DNA from: Candidatus Dormiibacterota bacterium
GTDB lineage: Bacteria > Chloroflexota > Dormibacteria > Aeolococcales > Aeolococcaceae
Assembly (NCBI GenBank): GCA_963718525.1
Contig: OY970355.1
Span: 1,696,001-1,760,000 of the forward strand
DNA length: 64,000 nt
Direction of reading: 5' to 3'
Part shown: positions 52,742-61,950 of the stretch, piece by piece
Numbering within the stretch: position 1 is the first letter of the stretch
Layout: the number at the start of each line of letters is the position of its first letter
Program-made: the position numbers and the translations under genes
The notes under the pieces: generated by a model
Seen by the model: the letters and a program-made list of their open reading frames with translations, nothing else
Told to the model about the DNA's origin: nothing
The model's database searches: none

Positions 52742-54697
52742 GTGCCCACGTCTCGACGCAGCGTCACCTATATCGTCATCGCACTTTCCGTGATCGTCCT
52801 GGCCGCGGTCCTGTACAAGACGTTCCCGAGCAGCAATGCCGCGAGCCAACCCGCGGGTGTGCTCGACCACGCCATTTACAACTATGCGAACCCGTCGAAC
52901 GCCACGGGGATTACGATCAGCAGCAACACGTCGCAACCGGCCGAAATCCAGAGCGACGGACAGACGGTTGTCTGGTATTCCACGAGTGGGACGCAATACA
53001 CAACCGTAGAGTCGTCCGCAGACGCCGTCTCGAAGGAGTTCCAGGGTGCCAACTATTTCAACTACAAGGTCGATGCCGCCGGCGGGGGGAATTTCTTGCT
53101 GAGCGTGATCCTTCCCAACCTCATCCTCTTTGGCCTCATGGCGCTGATCCTGCTCTGGATCTTCCGTCAGACCCAGAGCGGCAACAACCAGGCCCTCTCG
53201 TTCGGCCGCAGCCGCGCCCGGCTGCTGGCGGGTGACAAGCCGGCGATCACGTTCGTCGACGTTGCCGGTGTTGACGAGGCCAAGCAGGAGCTCAACGAGA
53301 TCGTCGAGTTCCTCAAGTACCCGGACAAGTTCGTCGCGGTCGGCGCTCGCATTCCGAAGGGAGTCCTCCTGGTCGGCCCTCCGGGTACCGGCAAGACGCT
53401 GCTCAGCAAGGCGGTCGCGGGAGAGGCGGGCGTTCCCTTCTTCAGCATCAGCGGCTCGGAATTCGTCGAGATGTTCGTCGGTGTCGGCGCGAGCCGCGTC
53501 CGCGACCTCTTCGACCAGGCCAAGAAGAACTCACCCTGCATCGTCTTCGTCGACGAGATCGATGCCGTCGGCCGCCAGCGCGGTGCGGGCCTCGGCGGCG
53601 GTCACGATGAGCGCGAGCAGACCCTCAACCAGCTCCTCGTCGAGATGGACGGCTTCGAGACCAACCAGCACGTGATCGTGATCGCGGCCACCAACAGGCC
53701 CGACGTCCTCGACCCGGCGTTGCTTCGCCCGGGCCGGTTCGACCGCCACGTCATGCTCGACCGGCCCGACATCCGCGGCCGCCGCGCAATTCTCGAGGTG
53801 CACGCGCGCAACAAGCCGCTCGACCAGGGTGTCGATCTCGAGGTGCTCGCCAAGCAGACCCCGGGGTTCAGCGGCGCCGACCTGTCCAACCTCATCAACG
53901 AGGCTGCGATCCTCGCCGCGCGCGGCAATCGCAAGGTCATCGTCATGAACGACCTCGAGGAGTCGATCGCGCGCGTCATCGCGGGCCCCGAGCGCAAGAG
54001 CCGGATGATCAGCGACAAGGAGAAGCTGACGATCGCGTTCCACGAGATGGGGCACGCTCTGGTCGGCACCACCCTCGAGCACACCGACCCGGTGCACAAG
54101 GTCACGATCGTCAGCCGTGGCCAGGCACTCGGCTGGACGATGAGCCTGCCCATCGAAGATCGCTACCTGGTGAGCAAGGCCGAGCTCGTCGACCAGCTCG
54201 CCCAGATCCTGGGCGGCCGCTGCGCCGAGGACCTGATCCTCGGAGAGGACAACATCACCACCGGCGCGTCGGACGACATCCGCAAGGCGACGAACCTCGC
54301 TCGCAAGATGGTCACGGAGTGGGGGATGAGCGACAAGCTCGGCCCGCTCACCTTCGGCGAGCGCCCGGAGATGGTGTTCCTGGGCCGCGATCTCGGCGAA
54401 CAGCGCAACTACTCCGAGGGCATCGCTTCCGAGATCGATCAGGAAGTCCATCAGCTCGTCGCCGACGCATTCCAGCGAGCCAAGAAGGTGCTCCGCGATC
54501 GGGAGCACGTGCTCCGCGCGCTTGCCAGCCGGCTCGTCGAGGTCGAGACGATGGACGCACCCGAGATGAAGCGGATCATCGATGAGACCGAGTCGCACAG
54601 CGGCGTGGCCCCGGTGAACGGCAGCGGTCCGCTGCCCGAGGCGCCGCCGGCACCGCCGGACTTTGTTCCGCCGGCCGAGGCAGCAGCCGGAGCCTAG
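52742..54697 (+). CDS. ftsH: ATP-dependent zinc metalloprotease FtsH
   Basis: Two TM helices, [43 protein letters not shown]. Confidence 0.97.
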   Translation: MPTSRRSVTYIVIALSVIVLAAVLYKTFPSSNAASQPAGVLDHAIYNYANPSNATGITISSNTSQPAEIQSDGQTVVWYSTSGTQYTTVESSADAVSKEFQGANYFNYKVDAAGGGNFLLSVILPNLILFGLMALILLWIFRQTQSGNNQALSFGRSRARLLAGDKPAITFVDVAGVDEAKQELNEIVEFLKYPDKFVAVGARIPKGVLLVGPPGTGKTLLSKAVAGEAGVPFFSISGSEFVEMFVGVGASRVRDLFDQAKKNSPCIVFVDEIDAVGRQRGAGLGGGHDEREQTLNQLLVEMDGFETNQHVIVIAATNRPDVLDPALLRPGRFDRHVMLDRPDIRGRRAILEVHARNKPLDQGVDLEVLAKQTPGFSGADLSNLINEAAILAARGNRKVIVMNDLEESIARVIAGPERKSRMISDKEKLTIAFHEMGHALVGTTLEHTDPVHKVTIVSRGQALGWTMSLPIEDRYLVSKAELVDQLAQILGGRCAEDLILGEDNITTGASDDIRKATNLARKMVTEWGMSDKLGPLTFGERPEMVFLGRDLGEQRNYSEGIASEIDQEVHQLVADAFQRAKKVLRDREHVLRALASRLVEVETMDAPEMKRIIDETESHSGVAPVNGSGPLPEAPPAPPDFVPPAEAAAGA

Positions 54698-54844
54698 GGG
54701 TACACTCTGGCCGACTGGCCCCTGGGGCCGTCGACGGGATCGATGCGATCCGGGGACGCGTGACACGCCTCGAGACTCGCTGCCGGCGACGGTGTCAGTG
54801 ACCTGATTCGCAGAGCGCTTGGATCCACCCAGGAGGACCGAGAC

Positions 54845-55702
54845 GTGGAGGGAGCAGGCACACCAACCCTGGCGATCGTCGGCGCCGGCCGGGCCGGTTC
54901 CGCACTCGCGATCGCTGCGCATGACGCCGGCTACGGTGTCGCCGCCGTCGCCTCCCGACGCGGTGAGATGGCGGCGCGGCTCGCGGACACCGTCGGTGCA
55001 CGAGCCGTCGCCACGCCGCTGGCTGCCGTGACAGCCGCCGACCTCACCCTCCTCGCGGTGCCCGATGGGGCGGTATCGATGGTCGCGGCGTCGATCGCCG
55101 CCTCCGGGGTCTCCTTGCGCGGGCGTGGTGTCGTGCACCTCGGCGCGCGCTTCAGTCCCGAGATCCTCGCGTCGCTCCGCGTCACCGGGGCGGCCGTCGG
55201 CGTGCTCCACCCGCTCCAGGCACTCGCCGGGCCGGACAGCGCCTCACTGCTCGAGGGCGCCTACTTCCGCATCGACGCCGGCGGGCTGCTCCGCCGGTGG
55301 CTCGTCGGACTGGTGTCGGCACTCCACGCCACCGAGCTCGAGATCGATCCCGCGGAGGCGCCGCTGTACCATGCGGCCGCGGTGCTCGCGGGCAACGCAC
55401 CGCTTGCCCTGCTCGCGGAGGCGACCCGGCTGCTCGAGGCCGCGGGGGTGAGCCCGGAGGTCGCCCACGCTGCGCTGGCAGCGCTCCTCGAGGGCGCTGC
55501 CCACAACGCCCGCCGCGCCGGCACGGCTGCCGCGCTCACGGGGCCCGTCGCCAGGGGAGACCAGGACGCAATCGCGGCGCACCTCGATGCCCTCGCGAGG
55601 TATCCCGAGGCACGGGATCTCTACCTCCACCTCACCCGCGCGATGGAATCGCTGATCGCGAACCAGCCGGCCGCGGCTGACGCCGGCACCGCGGTGGCGT
55701 GA
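54845..55702 (+). CDS. Rossmann-like/DUF2520 protein (PanG-type ketopantoate reductase candidate)
   Basis: GAGRAG, LAVPDG, HPLQ, LYHAAAV..GN, ALTGPVARGD; first gene of the pan operon. Confidence 0.85.
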   Translation: MEGAGTPTLAIVGAGRAGSALAIAAHDAGYGVAAVASRRGEMAARLADTVGARAVATPLAAVTAADLTLLAVPDGAVSMVAASIAASGVSLRGRGVVHLGARFSPEILASLRVTGAAVGVLHPLQALAGPDSASLLEGAYFRIDAGGLLRRWLVGLVSALHATELEIDPAEAPLYHAAAVLAGNAPLALLAEATRLLEAAGVSPEVAHAALAALLEGAAHNARRAGTAAALTGPVARGDQDAIAAHLDALARYPEARDLYLHLTRAMESLIANQPAAADAGTAVA

Positions 55703-56505
55703 CCATGGTCACGGTCAAAGACCTCGCGGCGTGGAAGGCCGATGGGAAGCGGTTCGTGATGCTGACCGCGTACGACTACCCGACGGCCAGGCTCCTTGCC
55801 GAAGCCGAGGTGCCGGTGCTCCTCGTGGGGGACTCGCTCGCGGACAACGTCCTCGGCTATCCCAACACCATCCCGGTGACCATGACCGAGATGCTCCACC
55901 ACGCCCGCGCTGTGGCGCGCGGCGCCTCGAGCCAGCTGCTCGTCGGGGATCTCCCGTTCGGCTCGTACCAGCGGTCGTGCGGAGATGCGATCGACAGCGC
56001 AGTCGAATTTCTCAAGGCCGGCATGCACGCGATCAAGCTCGAAGGCGGCGGGTGGGTGGTCGAGACGGCCGGCCGTCTCACCCAGCGGGGCATCCCGGTG
56101 ATGGGTCACCTGGGGCTGACGCCGCAGTCCGTCAATGCCTTTGGCGGCCCCAAGGTGCAGGCGAGAAATGCCCGTGATCGCGAGCGCCTCATCGCCGACG
56201 CGCACGCTCTCGAGGACGCCGGGGCGTTCGCGCTCGTGCTCGAGGGGATACCGCGCGACCTGGCCGCGCAGGTCACGAGCGAGCTGGCCATCCCCACCAT
56301 CGGCATCGGCGCCGGACCCGACTGCGACGCCCAGGTGCTGGTGATCCACGACCTGCTCGGCATCACCGGCCACCTCCGCGGCGCCGCACCGAAATTCGTG
56401 AAGCAATATGCCGATCTCGGCGGTCTCATCGTCAGTGCCGCGCGCGCCTACGCGGACGACGTGCGCGAGGGCCGGTTCCCCGACGATGCCCATTCCTTCC
56501 ACTGA
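55699..56505 (+). CDS. panB: 3-methyl-2-oxobutanoate hydroxymethyltransferase
   Basis: MLTAYDY, LLVGDSL, DLPFGSY, KLEGG, MGHLGLTPQS, IPTIGIGAG. Confidence 0.96.
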   Translation: MTMVTVKDLAAWKADGKRFVMLTAYDYPTARLLAEAEVPVLLVGDSLADNVLGYPNTIPVTMTEMLHHARAVARGASSQLLVGDLPFGSYQRSCGDAIDSAVEFLKAGMHAIKLEGGGWVVETAGRLTQRGIPVMGHLGLTPQSVNAFGGPKVQARNARDRERLIADAHALEDAGAFALVLEGIPRDLAAQVTSELAIPTIGIGAGPDCDAQVLVIHDLLGITGHLRGAAPKFVKQYADLGGLIVSAARAYADDVREGRFPDDAHSFH

Positions 56506-57382
56506 CCCTCCGGAGCTGCTCGCCACACCCGCAGCGCTCCGCCGGAGGTCCTCCGCATGGCATGCAGCGGGAGCGTCCGTGGGCATGGTGCCGACGATGG
56601 GAGCGCTGCACGCCGGCCATCGGGCGCTGATCGACCGCGCCGTCGCGGAGAACGACAGGGTGGTCGTGACCATCTTCGTCAATCCAGCTCAGTTCGGACC
56701 CACAGAGGACTTCAGCCGGTACCCCCGGAAGCTGGACGCGGACCTGGCGATGCTCGCTTCGGCCGGGGTGCATGCCGCCTTCGTGCCGGCCGTCGAGACC
56801 ATGTATCCGCCCGGCCTCGTGACCCGGGTCGACATCGTCGGGCCGCTTGCCGGCCGGCTCGAAGGGGCGAGCCGCCCGGGTCATTTCAACGGAGTCGCGC
56901 TCATTGTGACCAAGCTGCTGGTCGCCGGTCTGCCCGACCGAGCCTATTTCGGGCAGAAGGACGCGCAGCAGTGCGCGGTGGTTCGCCAGCTTGCCCGCGA
57001 CCTCGACACCGGCGTCGAAATCGTTGTCTGTCCAACGGTTCGGGACACTGACGGTCTCGCCGTCTCCAGCCGCAACGTCTACCTCAGCCCCGAAGAACGA
57101 GTGCGGGCAACGGCCATTCCATCGAGCCTTGCCAAGGCTTTGGCTCGATTCGAGGAGGGCGAGCGAGACGCGACAGCGCTGGCAACAACTGTTCGGTCCC
57201 ACCTGGAGAAGGAAGGACTGGACGTGGACTACGTCGCCGTGGTAAAGGCGGACGACTTCTCCGAGGTCCAAACCGCTGTCCCCACAAACGAAATCGTACT
57301 GGCTGCTAGAATAGGGAGCACACGGTTGATTGATGTCGTTCGGCTGGGGGTCGACACAGCGCCCGTTGGTCGTGGCGTCTAG
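56486..57382 (+). CDS. panC: Pantoate--beta-alanine ligase
   Basis: VPTMGALHAGH, IFVNP.QF, RPGHFNGV, FGQKDAQQ, DGLAVSSRN, TRLID. Confidence 0.96.
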   Translation: MPIPSTDPPELLATPAALRRRSSAWHAAGASVGMVPTMGALHAGHRALIDRAVAENDRVVVTIFVNPAQFGPTEDFSRYPRKLDADLAMLASAGVHAAFVPAVETMYPPGLVTRVDIVGPLAGRLEGASRPGHFNGVALIVTKLLVAGLPDRAYFGQKDAQQCAVVRQLARDLDTGVEIVVCPTVRDTDGLAVSSRNVYLSPEERVRATAIPSSLAKALARFEEGERDATALATTVRSHLEKEGLDVDYVAVVKADDFSEVQTAVPTNEIVLAARIGSTRLIDVVRLGVDTAPVGRGV

Positions 57383-57390
57383 GGGAGATC

Positions 57391-57579
57391 ATGCAGCGGG
57401 TCATCATGAAGTCGAAAATCCACCGCGCCACGGTGACGCGAGCTGCAGTCGACTACATCGGGTCGTGCGGTGTCGCACCTGAGTTGATGCACGCCGGCGC
57501 ATTGTGCGGCGACTGCACACCGGCGATCGTGCATGCGGACGCCACCAATCGCATTCGCGAGCAGGCGGCGATCGCGTGA
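57391..57579 (+). pseudogene. panD: Internally deleted aspartate 1-decarboxylase (62 aa)
   Basis: MQRVIMKSKIHRATVT...YIGS N-terminus joined in frame to a P.IVH.D..NRI C-terminus; central NG.RFETY and NGAAA segments absent. Confidence 0.8.
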
Positions 57580-59159
57580 TGCACGGGGCCGCACCGACGG
57601 ATTACGACGTGGTGGTTGTCGGTAGCGGCATCGCAGGACTCTCAGCGGCACTCACGGCGGCGCCGGGCGCGCGTGTCGCGGTGGTGACCAAGGGCGCACT
57701 CGACGACGGGTGCAGCAGGTTTGCCCAGGGCGGGATCGCGGCCGCGGTCGGTGACGGCGACTCGCCGGAATTGCATTACGAGGACACCATCGCCGCCGGA
57801 CGCGGCCTCTGCCATCCTGATGCGGTGCGGGTGCTGGTCGAGGAAGGCCCTGCACGCATCCGCCAGCTGATCGAATGGGGAGTCGCCTTCGACACGCAGG
57901 ACGGTGAATTGCTGCTAGCGCAGGAGGCCGCGCACTCGCGTCCGCGCATTCTCCATGCGCGGGGCGACGCCACCGGCCTCGAGGTCGAGACTGCGCTGAT
58001 CCGCCGGCTGCGTGCCAGCAGCGCGAAGGTCATCGAACACGCCGACGTCACCAGGATCATCACCACGCCCGACGGCATCGGCTGCGGCGTGTCGATCACG
58101 ACGAACCCCTCCGAGTCGCATACCACCACGCTGACGTCAGCGGCGGTCGTGCTCGCGAGTGGTGGGGCGAGCCGTCTCTGGCGGAACAGCACCAACCCGG
58201 ACTCCGCCACCGGCGACGGCGTTGCCCTCGGATATGCGGCCGGCGCCGACGTCGCGGGCATGGAGTTCGCGCAGTTCCATCCGACGGCGCTTGCCATGGA
58301 CGGGGCGCCACGGTTTCTCATCAGTGAAGCCGTCCGCGGCGAGGGCGCGTGGATCGTCAACAGCGACGGCAGGCGCTTCGTGCTCGACGTCGATCCGCGC
58401 GGTGAGCTCGCCGGTCGCGACGTGGTGGCCCGCGCCATCTGGGACGAGTTGCAGCGCAGCGGCGAGCCCTGCGTCTTCCTCGACTGCGCGCCGCTCGGCG
58501 ATCGCGCCCCGGTTCGGTTTCCGACCATCGCGGCGACCTGCGCACGTTACGGCCTCGACATCACGCGTGAGCCGATCCCCGTCTCCCCGGCAGCGCACTA
58601 CATGATCGGCGGTGTCAGGACCGATCTCGATGGCGCGACCAGTGTCCCCGGACTGTATGCGTGCGGTGAAGTTGCGTACAGCGGCGTGCACGGCGCCAAC
58701 CGGCTGGCGAGCAACAGCCTGCTGGAGTCCTTGGTGTTCTCACACCGGGCGATGCACGCGGCGCTGGGATGGGCAGCGGAATCACCACCTGCTCACGCGG
58801 CGCCCACGCAGCGAACATCGAACTCGAGAGGTGCCGGCCTCGATCCTCGTGACGGCTGGAACACCCTGCGCGACACGCTCTGGACTGGAGCCGGCGTGGT
58901 TCGTGACGAACCCGGCCTGCGCGCCGCCGCGCGCGAGTGCGATGCGGTGGCCGTCGCCACCTCGGGAGCTACCACGCTGCCGGCCATGCAGCTGCACGCA
59001 GCCGCATCCACCGCATCGCTGGTGTGCACAGCCGCCCTGGCTCGCGAGGAGAGCCGTGGGTGCCACCTCCGTTCTGATCTCCCCCAAGCAAGCGATCAAT
59101 GGCATGGCGACCTCGTCATGCACAAGGACAGAGGAGCACGCTTTGACCGTCACCTTTAG
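57579..59159 (+). CDS. nadB: L-aspartate oxidase
   Basis: GSGIAG, AQGGIAA, EAAHSRPRILHA.GDATG, QFHPT, LISEAVRGEG, AAHYMIGG, GVHGANRLASNSLLE, ESRGCH. Confidence 0.95.
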   Translation: MHGAAPTDYDVVVVGSGIAGLSAALTAAPGARVAVVTKGALDDGCSRFAQGGIAAAVGDGDSPELHYEDTIAAGRGLCHPDAVRVLVEEGPARIRQLIEWGVAFDTQDGELLLAQEAAHSRPRILHARGDATGLEVETALIRRLRASSAKVIEHADVTRIITTPDGIGCGVSITTNPSESHTTTLTSAAVVLASGGASRLWRNSTNPDSATGDGVALGYAAGADVAGMEFAQFHPTALAMDGAPRFLISEAVRGEGAWIVNSDGRRFVLDVDPRGELAGRDVVARAIWDELQRSGEPCVFLDCAPLGDRAPVRFPTIAATCARYGLDITREPIPVSPAAHYMIGGVRTDLDGATSVPGLYACGEVAYSGVHGANRLASNSLLESLVFSHRAMHAALGWAAESPPAHAAPTQRTSNSRGAGLDPRDGWNTLRDTLWTGAGVVRDEPGLRAAARECDAVAVATSGATTLPAMQLHAAASTASLVCTAALAREESRGCHLRSDLPQASDQWHGDLVMHKDRGARFDRHL

Positions 59160-60009
59160 ACCCATCACCGAGGCGCTTTCGTCGGAGAGCATCGACCTGC
59201 TCATCGAGTCGGCGCTCGCCGAGGACGTCGGAGCTGGCGATGTCACGACCCAGGCCGTGATTCCGATGGATATGACCTGTCGAGGCAAGATCGTCTGCAA
59301 GCAGGACGGCGTGATCGCCGGCCTGAGCATCGCGCAGCGCGTGTTCCAGCGTGTCGATGAGCGGATTCAGTTCGATCCCAAAACCAAGGATGGCGAGAAG
59401 GTCCAGGCGGACCAGATCGTCGCGCGACTCTTCGGACCGGCTCGCGGCATGATGACCGCGGAGCGTGTCGGCCTCAACTTCCTGCAGCACCTGAGCGGGA
59501 TCGCGACCATGACCGCCAAGTACGTGAAGGCTGTCGACGGCACCAAGGCCAAGATCCTCGACACCCGCAAGACGACCCCTGGCCTGCGTGCCATCGAGAA
59601 GTACGCGACGCGCATGGGTGGCGCCGTCAACCATCGCATGGGGCTGTACGACGCGGTGCTGATCAAGGACACGCACCTCGCGCTCGTCGGCGGGATCACC
59701 CCGGCGCTCCGCGCGGCGCGCAAGGCGTACCCGGAGATGGAGATCCACGTCGAGGTCAGCAACCTCCAGGAGCTCGAGCAGGCGCTCGCGGACAAGGCCT
59801 CGCACATCCTCCTCGACAATTTCTCCTGCGGTCAGGTACGCGAGGCGATGCAGCTGATTCGCGGGCGTGCGACTGTCGAGGTGAGCGGTGGAGTCCAGGT
59901 GACCAATGCGCGTGCGTACGCGCTTGCCGGTGCCGACTACATCAGCGTTGGCGCGTTGACGCACTCGGCGGTGGCTCTGGACTTCAGCATGAAAGTAACT
60001 CGGTACTGA
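59143..60009 (+). CDS. nadC: Nicotinate-nucleotide pyrophosphorylase (carboxylating)
   Basis: SD GAGGAG then TTG; ALAEDVG.GDVTT, ER..LN, DTRKTTPG, NHRMGLYD, LLDN, EVSGG, ISVGALTHS. Confidence 0.95.
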   Translation: MTVTFRPITEALSSESIDLLIESALAEDVGAGDVTTQAVIPMDMTCRGKIVCKQDGVIAGLSIAQRVFQRVDERIQFDPKTKDGEKVQADQIVARLFGPARGMMTAERVGLNFLQHLSGIATMTAKYVKAVDGTKAKILDTRKTTPGLRAIEKYATRMGGAVNHRMGLYDAVLIKDTHLALVGGITPALRAARKAYPEMEIHVEVSNLQELEQALADKASHILLDNFSCGQVREAMQLIRGRATVEVSGGVQVTNARAYALAGADYISVGALTHSAVALDFSMKVTRY

Positions 60010-60010
60010 A

Positions 60011-60186
60011 TCAAACGACTCTCGAGTGGGTCCTGTCACCGCGGGGACCCCTCGCCGCCGCGCTTTATGGCGCGTCGGCGCTGCCCCCCGCGGTGCCACC
60101 CACCGGCTGTCTTGCTTCGGGCGCTCGTAGTGCGCGTTTCTCCGCTGGGTCGTTCCGCGTCCGGTGAGCGGTCTCTGAGCGTTTGA
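60011..60186. repeat. About 176-bp multi-hairpin palindromic REP/MITE-like element
   Basis: Outer TCAAACG(A)CTC / GAGCGTTTGA; inner CACCGCGGGG (60037-46) / CCCCGCGGTG (60086-95); CACCGG (60101-06) / CCGGTG (60161-66). Confidence 0.6.
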
Positions 60187-60202
60187 CGGGTCCGTTTAAG
60201 TA

Positions 60203-60829
60203 ATGCCTACGGTTGTTGATGGGCCTACGGTTACGTTGCATGCGTTTGCGGTTTCGCATGCTTGGTTGACGCCGATTGTGATTGGGGTGACGGCGGCGTT
60301 CGTTTTCTTGTGTCCGATTCTCTTTGTGGTGGTTTGGGGGAGGGATCGGAGGCTGCGGCCGGGGGTTGCGGCGCTGTTGGGGCTGGCGTTGACGCAGTGG
60401 GCGGCGCATGAGGTGGGGAGGTTGTCGATCAGGCCGCGGCCGTTTGTGGCCATGCATTTCACGCCGCTGTTTCCGCATGCGGCGAACAATTCGTTTCCGT
60501 CAAGTACGACGGCATTCATCGCGGTCGCCGGGATCATTGGGGTGCTGGCGTGGCGGCGCCGGGGAGTGATCCTGGTGGTCGCCACGGCTGTTGTGGCGGT
60601 CGGGTGTGTGTATGTCGGGGTGCACTACGTGAGCGATGTGATCGTCGGCGCGGCGCTCGGGGCTACGTGCGGTGCGGTCACGTGGTTCGTGGCGGGGTTG
60701 CCGCCGGTGACGTGGGCGCTGAGCGCGGTGGAGCGGCGGTTTCCGCGACGGCAGCGTCGTGTCGAGGCGGCCGCGCCGGCCGATCCGCGCACTCGCGATC
60801 GGGTCGAAGTGCCTACAGGAGTGAGTTGA
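60203..60829 (+). CDS. PAP2-family phosphatase (BcrC-like undecaprenyl-PP phosphatase fold)
   Basis: RPRPF, SFPS, VYVGVHYVSDV..G; C2 His (PSxH) and C3 Arg appear substituted (PSSTT, GCVYVG). Confidence 0.8.
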   Translation: MPTVVDGPTVTLHAFAVSHAWLTPIVIGVTAAFVFLCPILFVVVWGRDRRLRPGVAALLGLALTQWAAHEVGRLSIRPRPFVAMHFTPLFPHAANNSFPSSTTAFIAVAGIIGVLAWRRRGVILVVATAVVAVGCVYVGVHYVSDVIVGAALGATCGAVTWFVAGLPPVTWALSAVERRFPRRQRRVEAAAPADPRTRDRVEVPTGVS

Positions 60830-61373
60830 CCAGCGCCTCGATCTGACTCAGTGACGCCGGTGTGGCTGTCGCTCCGATCGACACGAGGGTCGATCCCTTG
60901 GTGGCCACGACGCCCTCGTTGTCCTTGCCGGCGCCAAGCGTCACGTAGAAGGATGTCGCCTGGTCTCCCAGCCCCGAAACGCTCTTCACGCCCCCCGGGA
61001 AATTCTTGGTGAAATTGGAAATGATCGAGGGATTGATGTTGAGGAGCACCTCGATGATCACGTTTTCACTGGTTGTGTGGTAGTTGCATACCACGCCGGT
61101 CACACCGGCGGGCAGCTGCCCGCCGCCACCGCCAACGCCGGTCGCATTCGGGAGCGTGGTCCCCAGGGCTGATCCAACCGTCGCGCCCGTGGGGCACACC
61201 GCTGATGCCGCCGACGCGGTCGGCGTCGCCGCTGCCGAGGTCGGCGCTGCCGCAGTCGGCGTCGCGCCTGGTGCGGATGTCGTCGGGCTTGGCGTCGCAC
61301 TGCCGCAAGCTGCAAGCGTCGCTGCGAATGCCAGTGTGGTCAGCGGAATCCACCGCGACATGCTGCCTGTCAT
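60813..61373 (-). CDS. Putative lipoprotein
   Basis: SD GGAGG; signal peptide with lipobox LAAC; Thr/Pro/Ala linker; VSGLGDQA motif. Confidence 0.75.
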   Translation of the reverse strand: MTGSMSRWIPLTTLAFAATLAACGSATPSPTTSAPGATPTAAAPTSAAATPTASAASAVCPTGATVGSALGTTLPNATGVGGGGGQLPAGVTGVVCNYHTTSENVIIEVLLNINPSIISNFTKNFPGGVKSVSGLGDQATSFYVTLGAGKDNEGVVATKGSTLVSIGATATPASLSQIEALVNSLL

Positions 61374-61510
61374 GTGGAATGCCCTCCATCTGCGATGTCG
61401 AGGCAGTGCCACCTTCGACGGCGCAACTATGCGCGAGTTGCGGCCCGGAGCGCACGGTCATCAAACTCATGCAGTTCGCGCCCGGGTGCCTGTTGCGAGG
61501 AGCTGTGACG

Positions 61511-61825
61511 ATGCCCGACCACCTCGATCCCATTCCGGACCACGCCGACCCCGTTCCGGGTCCGCAGAGCTCGAACGAGCAGCCCCAGGCGCATCTCACC
61601 CCCACGCCGCATGGCGGCGGGTGGCGCATGTTCGCGGCGCCGGTCGAGGTCGAGGCGTTCCTCGGGCAGACCTGGGTCAGGGTGGTGGTGGACGGCGTGG
61701 ATGACGAGAGCGCGGAGATCTGGGCACGCTGGCCACCCGAGGGTCACACCTCGGGGGACGTGCACCACCAGGTCATCGACGCCTCCCATTACCGTCCACC
61801 GCAGGGTGGTTTTCCGCCCTCCTGA
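61511..61825 (+). CDS. Hypothetical protein (104 aa)
   Basis: SD GAGGAG 8 nt before ATG 61511; host-like codons. Confidence 0.55.
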   Translation: MPDHLDPIPDHADPVPGPQSSNEQPQAHLTPTPHGGGWRMFAAPVEVEAFLGQTWVRVVVDGVDDESAEIWARWPPEGHTSGDVHHQVIDASHYRPPQGGFPPS

Positions 61826-61950
61826 GGCACTGGCCGCGGCCACCCGGTCGCTGCCCCGACTGGTGCAACCTCTGTAGGCTGGGTGTTCGGACCGCCAGGC
61901 GATCGGCTGTGGCGATGCTCGAAGTCAGCTTCACAAAGAGACCAGTCTCG

